IMG/VR virus record: IMGVR_UViG_3300032308_001420
Location: 11,685 to 75,684 of that record
DNA: 64,000 bases
DNA from: a virus
Taxonomy: Duplodnaviria > Caudoviricetes
Strand: one strand, 5' to 3'
A model generated the notes under the pieces. The model made no database searches and had not been told where the DNA came from. It was given only the letters and a program-made list of their open reading frames with translations. Positions 56,811 through 64,000 of this stretch are shown here, in pieces. The first letter of the stretch is position 1. The number at the start of each line of letters is the position of its first letter. Both the position numbers and the translations under genes were made by a program.

Positions 56811-59672
56811 TTATGCCTGTACTACTACTCTGTATGTTTCTCCTGAAACAGGAGCTACAGCAAATCCGATTGTTACAGCAGATGTAGTTATTCTTGTAAT
56901 ATCTGTCTCAACCTTAGCACCTGTTGCAACTTCATAAACAGCAACTTGAATATCTAATGTATCAAGGCCGTGTGTTATTGCAAATTCTGTTGCACTAAAT
57001 GGATTTGTTGGTGTAATAGTAGTTGCATACTTTCGTACAACAACTGCTGTATTAATTGCTACATCATCAGCATTTACTGTAATACCTGTTCCAGCACCAA
57101 CATTAAATGTTGTTCCAGATTGTGTAAGACCAGAACCTGCTGTAAATGCTCCAGCTCCTGAGAACTGTGTAAACGTTAATGCTGTTGTTCCTAATGTTAT
57201 TGCATCATCTGTTGTAAGAACCCAGCCAGTGTTTCCATTAACTGTACCTTCTGATACAAATGTAAACATTCCTGCTGTAACTTCTGAGCTTATATTTGCA
57301 TCTTCTGCACGATCTGGTGCTCCAGATTCCTTTACAACGTAGATACCATTTTCAGAAGCAGTTGCTTGATTCTTAACAAGTACACGGTTACCAGTAACAA
57401 GAGTTACTCCGTCAAGAGTATCCCCGTTTTCAAGTGCTGAGGCTAATGTTACTGATTCAGTAGTTGCTACACGAACTGATGCTTTAACATCTAGTCCACT
57501 TGCAGTTGCATCTACATAAGCCTTAGTAGCAATTGTTGTGGTATCAACTGTAAGTTCGCCGCCACCTGAAAGTGATAGGCCTGAACCAACGCTTAGGATT
57601 CCTGCATTAGTGCCTTGAATACCCTGAGAACCTGTAGTTCCTTGAGCACCAGTAGTTCCCTGCGAACCAGTGTTACCAGTTGTTCCCTGAGATCCTGTTG
57701 TTCCTTGTGTTCCAGTAGTTCCTGTTGCACCTTGTGCACCAGTATCTCCTACTGCTCCTTGTGCACCTGTAGAACCAATTTCTCCTTGGCTTCCAGTTAT
57801 ACCTTGGGCTCCTGTAGAACCTTGAGCACCAGTTGTACCCTGAGCACCTGTTGTACCCTGTGTGCCAGTTGTACCAGTTGTACCTTGTGCGCCAGTTGTA
57901 CCTTGAGATCCTGTCTCACCTTGTGTACCAGTCGTTCCCTGTGCGCCAGTAGTTCCTTGTGCACCAGTTGTACCTTGAGTACCTGTTGTGCCCTGTGCTC
58001 CAGTTTCACCCTGTGCACCAGTTGTACCCTGAACACCAGCAATACCTACTGCACCAGCAAGATTTACTTGCCAGGTTGTATGTGTTCCAGAACCAATATG
58101 ACGTGTTTTATCAAAATCAAGTCTTCCTGTACCGCTATTGTATGTTGTTACACGAGCATATTGAATATTAGAACCGTCATAGGCAAGAATAATATCTTGA
58201 CCAACCGTGTAATCAACTGCAGTATCTGTAACAGTTACAAAACCAGTTCCGTTATTAGCAAGTGATACTGAACCAGTTGCAGAAGTTGAGTACTTATCTC
58301 CAGCTAAACCGTCGGTTCCTTGAGAACCAGTAGTTCCCTGAGAACCTACTGCACCTTGTGTTCCAGTTGTTCCTTGGGCACCAGTAGTACCTTGTGCTCC
58401 AACTTCTCCCTGGGTTCCAGTAGTTCCCTGTGACCCAATGGCACCCTGTGTACCAGTAGTACCTTGTGCTCCAGTAGATCCCTGTGCACCAATTTCTCCT
58501 TGTGTACCAGTAGTTCCTTGAGTACCAGTTGTACCAGTATTACCTTGTGCGCCCTGTGAACCAGTTGTTCCTTGGCTTCCAGTGGAACCAATAGCACCTT
58601 GTAAGCCAACTTCGCCTTGTGCTCCAGTAGATCCTTGCGCTCCAGTTGTTCCCTGAGAGCCAGTGTTACCAACAGATCCTTGTGCACCTGTTGTTCCCTG
58701 AGCTCCTACATCACCAGTTCTAGCAAAAGTGATAAGTACAGGATCTGATTCTCCAAATGATCCTGAACCACTGAGGTATGTAACATCAATATTGAAATAA
58801 GTGGCTTGATCAACCATCGAGTTAATTGCATACATCGCAAATACTGCAGGGTTAGATTTCTTTGAGATCTTTACGTGACCCTTGATAGGGGATGTAGAGT
58901 CATCAATAGTTGCTAAATATGAAGAGATGTTTGTTGTATTTACATCTTCATCATCAATTAATAGTTTTGTTGCAGATGCAAGTGTGTTGTTAAATCTAAC
59001 AATACCTGACCCTGGGTCTGCAATAGACGTGTCAGTGTAGTAAGCGTACTCAACAGTTACACCGCCAAATGAACCTTCGGCTCCTTGTATACCAGTTTCA
59101 CCTTGTGTACCAGTGGTACCTTGTGCTCCTGTTGTTCCTTGTGCACCAATAGCGCCTTGTGTACCAGTTGTTCCTTGTGCACCAGTTGTACCTTGAGCAC
59201 CCTGGGTACCAGTAGTACCTTGAGAACCTATAGCACCTTGTGTACCAGTTGTACCTTGTGCTCCTGTTGTTCCTTGTGCACCATCAGAACCAACGTATCC
59301 GTCTGTACCTTGTGCACCAGTAGTACCCTGTGAACCTGTAGTGCCCTGTGTACCAGTTGTTCCTTGTGCACCAACAGCGCCTTGTGTACCAGTTTCGCCC
59401 TGTGTACCAGTTGTACCTTGTGCTCCTGTTGTTCCTTGTGAACCAGTCGTACCTGTTGTTCCTTGAGATCCTGTTGTACCAGTAGCGCCTTGTGCGCCTG
59501 TGCTGGTGTTAATCCATGCGCTACCATTCCATGATCGTAAAAATCCTAAAACTGTGTCAAAATAAATCTGCCCAACCACTGGTGAAGCTGGTGCCGTTGA
59601 TAAATTTTGAATTCTTGCATTTAATAGCTCATTCTTATTGAGATCTATTCCTACCATAAACTTTCTTGCCAT
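56811..59672 (-). CDS. Long collagen-like fibre protein
   Basis: Three G-X-Y tracts separated by globular domains; GNRVLVKNQ..ENGIY domain; HGL C-terminal domain. Confidence 0.88.
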   Translation of the reverse strand: MARKFMVGIDLNKNELLNARIQNLSTAPASPVVGQIYFDTVLGFLRSWNGSAWINTSTGAQGATGTTGSQGTTGTTGSQGTTGAQGTTGTQGETGTQGAVGAQGTTGTQGTTGSQGTTGAQGTDGYVGSDGAQGTTGAQGTTGTQGAIGSQGTTGTQGAQGTTGAQGTTGTQGAIGAQGTTGAQGTTGTQGETGIQGAEGSFGGVTVEYAYYTDTSIADPGSGIVRFNNTLASATKLLIDDEDVNTTNISSYLATIDDSTSPIKGHVKISKKSNPAVFAMYAINSMVDQATYFNIDVTYLSGSGSFGESDPVLITFARTGDVGAQGTTGAQGSVGNTGSQGTTGAQGSTGAQGEVGLQGAIGSTGSQGTTGSQGAQGNTGTTGTQGTTGTQGEIGAQGSTGAQGTTGTQGAIGSQGTTGTQGEVGAQGTTGAQGTTGTQGAVGSQGTTGSQGTDGLAGDKYSTSATGSVSLANNGTGFVTVTDTAVDYTVGQDIILAYDGSNIQYARVTTYNSGTGRLDFDKTRHIGSGTHTTWQVNLAGAVGIAGVQGTTGAQGETGAQGTTGTQGTTGAQGTTGAQGTTGTQGETGSQGTTGAQGTTGTTGTQGTTGAQGTTGAQGSTGAQGITGSQGEIGSTGAQGAVGDTGAQGATGTTGTQGTTGSQGTTGNTGSQGTTGAQGTTGSQGIQGTNAGILSVGSGLSLSGGGELTVDTTTIATKAYVDATASGLDVKASVRVATTESVTLASALENGDTLDGVTLVTGNRVLVKNQATASENGIYVVKESGAPDRAEDANISSEVTAGMFTFVSEGTVNGNTGWVLTTDDAITLGTTALTFTQFSGAGAFTAGSGLTQSGTTFNVGAGTGITVNADDVAINTAVVVRKYATTITPTNPFSATEFAITHGLDTLDIQVAVYEVATGAKVETDITRITTSAVTIGFAVAPVSGETYRVVVQA

Positions 59673-59684
59673 CTTTTTATCTCC

Positions 59685-60140
59685 TTAAGACAGGTACGCT
59701 GTCCCTGAAAATGGTTGAGCCATTGTCAGCGTTATTTGGTTAATACTATTATAATCTATTCCTGTTTCCAATACATTTCCTGCACTATCCTTAATTGTTA
59801 CGTTAGGATAGAAACCTAAATTGTGTGCTATTACCTTTGAATAAACATCACTTACTGGTCCTGTTACGGACCCCACTTCCCATGTTACATAATATGCATA
59901 AGTTCCAGCAGCTGCTGCACCCAAAGTAACTGTCTGTGCGCCGACCCATGTTGAATCGGATAGCTTTGGGCCATAAAATATTTTTGATACTGTGTCGTAG
60001 TAATAATCGTCTTGTAGTCCAAGGTTGTTTGCTGGTGCCCCAGATCCATTTAATATTGTTTTTCCTCTTGCACCTTGTGGGCCAGGAACTGTTACTGTAA
60101 CTTGATTTCTAGATGATAAAGATGTTACTATGTTTGTCAT
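59685..60140 (-). CDS. Virion structural protein
   Basis: GPQGARG..LNGSGAP..HNLGFYPNVT..FSGTAYLS. Confidence 0.65.
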   Translation of the reverse strand: MTNIVTSLSSRNQVTVTVPGPQGARGKTILNGSGAPANNLGLQDDYYYDTVSKIFYGPKLSDSTWVGAQTVTLGAAAAGTYAYYVTWEVGSVTGPVSDVYSKVIAHNLGFYPNVTIKDSAGNVLETGIDYNSINQITLTMAQPFSGTAYLS

Positions 60141-60487
60141 TATATTGTCACCGACCTTGATAACGTCATAAATCCTTCAAGTATCTTAACCTTATTGGTA
60201 TTGGAATCAGTAAGCATAATGTCGTATGAGGATTTTGGAAAAAACAATTTATTTGTTTGTGTAGGTGTCATTCTAATTGTGAGCTGGCCGTTGGTAGGAT
60301 CAATCGTTATTCCGCCACTTGGTGAAGTTAATGTAAAAGCTAACTTGCTTCCGCCTTTTGCATCACGAACCTGCATTTTAGCAGAGGCTCCAGTAAGATC
60401 TATGGCTTCGCCTTCTGGATCTTTGTATTCAACGATAAACGAGAAAGTAGCATTTTGATCTACTTCCCAATTTTTTTGTCCTGCCAT
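60140..60487 (-). CDS. BppU/LtfC-like beta-sandwich fibre-attachment protein
   Basis: DQNATF..IDLTGASAKMQVR..YDIML..ILEG. Confidence 0.7.
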   Translation of the reverse strand: MAGQKNWEVDQNATFSFIVEYKDPEGEAIDLTGASAKMQVRDAKGGSKLAFTLTSPSGGITIDPTNGQLTIRMTPTQTNKLFFPKSSYDIMLTDSNTNKVKILEGFMTLSRSVTI

Positions 60488-60512
60488 TTACTAGTACTCC
60501 TAAATAGGAAAA

Positions 60513-60538
60513 CTCCTATGCTTATTTTAGCATAGGAG
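60513..60538 (-). terminator. Hairpin terminator after the holin-like gene, overlapping a TGCTAAAAT -10 element
   Basis: CTCCTATGCT-N6-AGCATAGGAG followed by TTTT. Confidence 0.7.
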
Positions 60539-60557
60539 CAATCCTAATCGTGTTTAA

Positions 60558-60785
60558 TTACTTTGTTGACTTAAAGCCAAACTCTTTGTTACTTGGGCTA
60601 AGCGCCTTTAAAATTACTGGAGCAACGGCGGCAACGCCACCCATTAGCAAATCTCTTGGATTTGTATTTCCAGTCATGTACAAAGCAATTGCTGCTGAAA
60701 GAAATGCTCGTGCATATGTTCCTAGCGCTGCTAAAATTTCCTCTGTCATTGTAACCTTTCCGTCCTTATTTAGATCTCTGTTCAT
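60558..60785 (-). CDS. Putative holin (two TM helices, basic C-terminus)
   Basis: TYARAFLSAAIALYM..LLMGGVAAVAPVILKALSP..FG resembles actinophage holins. Confidence 0.65.
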   Translation of the reverse strand: MNRDLNKDGKVTMTEEILAALGTYARAFLSAAIALYMTGNTNPRDLLMGGVAAVAPVILKALSPSNKEFGFKSTK

Positions 60786-60848
60786 TTGATCATCTCCAAT
60801 TTTGGGCGTTGTGCCCAGAATTTTGAGGGTATCTCCCCCAATACTATT

Positions 60849-60877
60849 ATTCTACCATTAAGCTGAAATATCTACAA
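60849..60877 (-). promoter_or_regulatory. Promoter TTGTAG-N17-TAGAAT (TG-extended)
   Basis: Overlaps the end of nrdJ, upstream of the holin-like gene. Confidence 0.55.
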
Positions 60878-62792
60878 TCTCACAATTTCCATCAGAGGTG
60901 CAAGCTAGGGTCTGTGTTCCACTAGTTCCATCCTCTGTCTCGTAGAAAGACAAATCTTCCCAACGAATGCTTTTAGGCATTTTGCCAAGCAGGTCTAGGT
61001 ACTCTTCTTTTGTAACTTCCTGGTATGGAGCCTGCTTATAACTGTGATCTGAATGAGGCAGGAATGAAATACCTGATACTTCATCAAAATGCTTATATAC
61101 CCAAGCACCTACTTCCATCCACTCATCTTCTTTTACTGAAACAGTAATGGATGGCTTGTGTTCACACCATGCACGCTGATATACAAGCCAAATATTTAAA
61201 TGTTCGATAGCTGTTAAATCATTTCTAACAATTGCGCCTTCTGGTGCTTTTACTGGAAATGAAAATACATAAGTGTCATTTGGCTTCATTACATCATCTT
61301 CTACTGGAATTCCGACTTCCTTTAAAAATGTAGAAATAGGATCTCCCTTTGAACCACGAACTGTTCTAATGTAATATGGAGAATGCCATGCATGCATACC
61401 AGAAGAAACTCCTACCAATTGAGATACTGTTCCAGATGGCTTTACACATGTAATAGCTGCAGATTCTTGAATGCCAATATTGCCTGCCTCATCTTTGTTT
61501 TTTTGTCTTGCTACTTCTCTAAGTGTCATTAAAAATGCTTCTAGTGAAACCAAATCATCTTTTCCTGACATAAACTTGTGACCAAATTGTCCAGTTAAAG
61601 ATACACCAAGTAGGCGTTCTTCTTCTGTGTTATCTTTCCAAATTTTACGAAGATACTTAAAGTCTGTAAGAGTTGATTGCCATGTTCCAAGAATGGTGGC
61701 CAATTCTACTTTACGCTGAATATCTTTCTTTGTATCGTTTTCACGTAATACGACTTCTGAAAGATTACAAAACTGATAAGGACGGAGAATAATTTCCGAA
61801 CACGGGTTTGTTCCATAGTGTATGTCTGCATCTCTTCTTCCAAATTTTGCAGCTTGTGCTTGTGCAGCTGCAACGTTGTAAATACCACGCTCTCCTGATT
61901 TTGAATCATATAGCGACTTCCATTCTGCAATAAATTGCTCCATGTCTGGCTTACGAGAATAAGCAACAGAGTTGTTTGAAAGAGCACGTTGAGAATTGTT
62001 TTCCCACCAGTTTCCTGACTTTGCTTGTGCCATTTCGATATCATTAATATTTGAAAGAGAAATCATGGCAGATCGACGAACTCCACCAACAACAACAATC
62101 TCTCCTATCTTACACATAATGTCGTGTGCTTCAATTGGTTTTAATTGACGACCTGCTGCTGACTTGAACTTTGCAATTGTAAAATCAAAAAGGTTGATTA
62201 GTGGTTGTGGACCAGATGAGCGTCCGCCCATTGTCTTAAGACGAGCACCAGCTGGACGAAGCTTACTTACATCAACTGCTGGAATCTGTCCTGACCAAAG
62301 TAAAGCAAGCAGCTCACGGTATGCTTTTGCCCAACCCTGCTTTGAATCTTCAACTGTAATTACTGTAGATGATTTTTCAAATGATTCTGGGACGGCAGGA
62401 AGCTTATTAATATACTTGTACTCAACAGAAAATCCAACACCAGTTCCACACATAAGAATATACATAGTCTCATCAAATGATCTTGGTGAATCAACTGGGA
62501 CAAATGAGCAGTTATAGCCTGCCACATGATCTCTATCTAATGCTGCACCAGCAGTCATTACAGATCTCATTGACGGCATTACGTTTCTGTTAAAAACCGC
62601 ATCTTTAACTTCTTCTACAATTTTTTTATCTGGAACATAGTTGTGTTCTTTTAAAAGGTGACCCATCATAAAATCAAAATATCGATCTACTGTTTCTCCC
62701 CATGTTTCTCTGCGATTTTCTTCAGGCATCCATCTTGCATAGCGAGACAATGCGATAAAGTTTTCATATGGGTTTTCAATAGTTCTTGACAT
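60858..62792 (-). CDS. nrdJ: Class II (adenosylcobalamin-dependent) ribonucleotide reductase, monomeric RTPR type
   Basis: YNCSF, GTGVGFS, GGVRRSA, TNPCSEI (radical Cys), CVKPSGTVSQL, C-terminal Cys pair. Confidence 0.95.
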   Translation of the reverse strand: MSRTIENPYENFIALSRYARWMPEENRRETWGETVDRYFDFMMGHLLKEHNYVPDKKIVEEVKDAVFNRNVMPSMRSVMTAGAALDRDHVAGYNCSFVPVDSPRSFDETMYILMCGTGVGFSVEYKYINKLPAVPESFEKSSTVITVEDSKQGWAKAYRELLALLWSGQIPAVDVSKLRPAGARLKTMGGRSSGPQPLINLFDFTIAKFKSAAGRQLKPIEAHDIMCKIGEIVVVGGVRRSAMISLSNINDIEMAQAKSGNWWENNSQRALSNNSVAYSRKPDMEQFIAEWKSLYDSKSGERGIYNVAAAQAQAAKFGRRDADIHYGTNPCSEIILRPYQFCNLSEVVLRENDTKKDIQRKVELATILGTWQSTLTDFKYLRKIWKDNTEEERLLGVSLTGQFGHKFMSGKDDLVSLEAFLMTLREVARQKNKDEAGNIGIQESAAITCVKPSGTVSQLVGVSSGMHAWHSPYYIRTVRGSKGDPISTFLKEVGIPVEDDVMKPNDTYVFSFPVKAPEGAIVRNDLTAIEHLNIWLVYQRAWCEHKPSITVSVKEDEWMEVGAWVYKHFDEVSGISFLPHSDHSYKQAPYQEVTKEEYLDLLGKMPKSIRWEDLSFYETEDGTSGTQTLACTSDGNCEIVDISA

Positions 62793-62882
62793 TTTTTGGT
62801 TACACCTTTTCTTCCGCCTTACGGATTGATTAAATTTGAATGAGGTCTAAGTGTATCAAACTTTATTTTAGTGGGGAAGGGG

Positions 62883-63869
62883 TTAAGAAAACTTTTTAAA
62901 GATGTGTTCAAAAGCTTTATTAGTCAACTGATCCCAATTATATTCTTCATGAATTTTAGTCGACTGAGCATAATAATAACCAGAGTATGCTTTAAAGTTT
63001 AAAGACACATCTCTCATTAGTTTAGCTAAGTGTCTTTGATTTGGTTCATAAACTTTACCATCATGAAAAGACCAGGGGGAATCTATAAATTCTGACTTTA
63101 ATTTAAGTGGTCCAATGTAATCAGAATAATGTGCCCAATCATAAGTAGATATAACTGGCATTCCAGTTGCAAGTGCTTGTAATGGGATAAAACCAAATCC
63201 CTCTCCATAACTAGGATATATTAAAACATCATGCTTATGATAAAGATCTACTAATTCTTTTTCGCTTAGCTTTTCAGTAATTATAGTAATGTTGTTATAT
63301 ATAGCATCTGGTAAACCAACTATGTTCTTATCGATAAAGTTATTATATACACGTGTAGTATTATGATTGTATGCTTTGATAGTTAAAGAGTACTTATGAT
63401 TGTTTCCATAGAGAGATGTAAATGTATCAACTACCATCTGTCCCGCTTTTCTTGGTGCAGGTTCTCCAACATGTAAAAATCTTATTACGCCATCATCTTT
63501 TCTTCTTATTGGCGTCCACATTGGATCAATTCCATGAGGATATACTTTAACATCATCAATTCCATTATTTTCAAAAACATCTTTACACCAGTTTGATGTT
63601 GTCCATACTTCATCACATGTATCCATAATTGGCTTCCATTCTTTTGGAAGTTCTGTAGATTCCCATGGAGTATAACTAATTTGATATTGATCTTTATTTA
63701 ACTTAAAATAAACTGGCTGAGAAAAATTTAATTGTACTGGAAATTTTGGATTTTCAATTTCTACATTATGTCCAAGTCTTATTAGAGATTCCATAATTTT
63801 TAAGCTTGCGTTACCGTAACCGTTAAAGGTTTTAAGATTATCTGTCGGTGTTGAGAATGATATATCCAT
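62883..63869 (-). CDS. Glycosyltransferase family 4 (GT-B)
   Basis: NGYG, PWEST, PHGID, RK, PSYGEGFGFIPLQALATGMPVI. Confidence 0.9.
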   Translation of the reverse strand: MDISFSTPTDNLKTFNGYGNASLKIMESLIRLGHNVEIENPKFPVQLNFSQPVYFKLNKDQYQISYTPWESTELPKEWKPIMDTCDEVWTTSNWCKDVFENNGIDDVKVYPHGIDPMWTPIRRKDDGVIRFLHVGEPAPRKAGQMVVDTFTSLYGNNHKYSLTIKAYNHNTTRVYNNFIDKNIVGLPDAIYNNITIITEKLSEKELVDLYHKHDVLIYPSYGEGFGFIPLQALATGMPVISTYDWAHYSDYIGPLKLKSEFIDSPWSFHDGKVYEPNQRHLAKLMRDVSLNFKAYSGYYYAQSTKIHEEYNWDQLTNKAFEHIFKKFS

Positions 63870-63890
63870 AATATTTTCTGGTTGACTGAC

Positions 63891-63920
63891 TTGACAGTAA
63901 CTTACTGACAATGTTAAGAT
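63891..63920 (+). promoter_or_regulatory. Divergent promoter TTGACA-N18-TAAGAT (TG-extended)
   Basis: Followed by AAGGAGG RBS and ATG. Confidence 0.7.
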
Positions 63921-63947
63921 TATAGTTCGTTATCTCTAAAGGAGGAA

Positions 63948-64000
63948 ATGCCAATGGAGAATATAAAGCAAAAGCTAAGCGATTTTGCTCACAGTACGAC
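63948..64000 (+). CDS. Start of a plus-strand gene (MPMENIKQKLSDFAHST..), truncated
   Basis: Perfect AAGGAGG RBS; open to the window end. Confidence 0.6.
   Translation, partial: MPMENIKQKLSDFAHST

Noticed and set aside
56811-59672. Dense 9/18-nt repeats resembling a CRISPR array or minisatellite (also 40980-41580 and 52110-52270)
   Set aside because: They are in-frame collagen G-X-Y codons with synonymous variation; there is no repeat-spacer structure
441-62517. The many plus-strand and alternate-frame ORFs in the ORF track
   Set aside because: They are shadows of real minus-strand genes, mostly caused by Gly/Thr/Ala codon repeats; no recognisable motifs
60858-62792. Inteins or introns in nrdJ (also checked dnaB and the visible part of dnaE)
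   Set aside because: Lengths are normal, motifs are contiguous and no splicing or homing-endonuclease motifs were seen

Overview
A 64-kb segment of a large, AT-rich, tailed dsDNA phage of siphovirus type. Almost every gene lies on the minus strand. Reading in transcription order (right to left): GT4 glycosyltransferase, class II ribonucleotide reductase, a holin-like gene, a ~23-kb array of collagen-like, FN3 and glycine-rich fibre/adhesin paralogues interrupted by a small island with its own promoters, portal, prohead protease/scaffold, major capsid, head-tail genes, major tail, a tail chaperone pair with a -1 frameshift site, a 3819-aa tape measure protein, minor tail and fibre genes, and a replication block (metallophosphoesterase, HTH, DnaB helicase, primase, SSB, DnaE cut by the window edge). 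Several promoters positioned to give leaderless mRNAs, plus the gene content, suggest an actinobacterial host, possibly freshwater and low-GC (inference). The most striking feature is the tape measure protein. It looks like a polyvalent injected-effector carrier with up to three ADP-ribosyltransferase-like domains, a HipA/PI3K-like kinase, a CHAP-LysM hydrolase and unknown domains, each bounded by a recurrent [F/Y]AxGG motif and in two cases preceded by a pre-toxin-like segment. All domain calls are from motif reading by eye; no searches were run.
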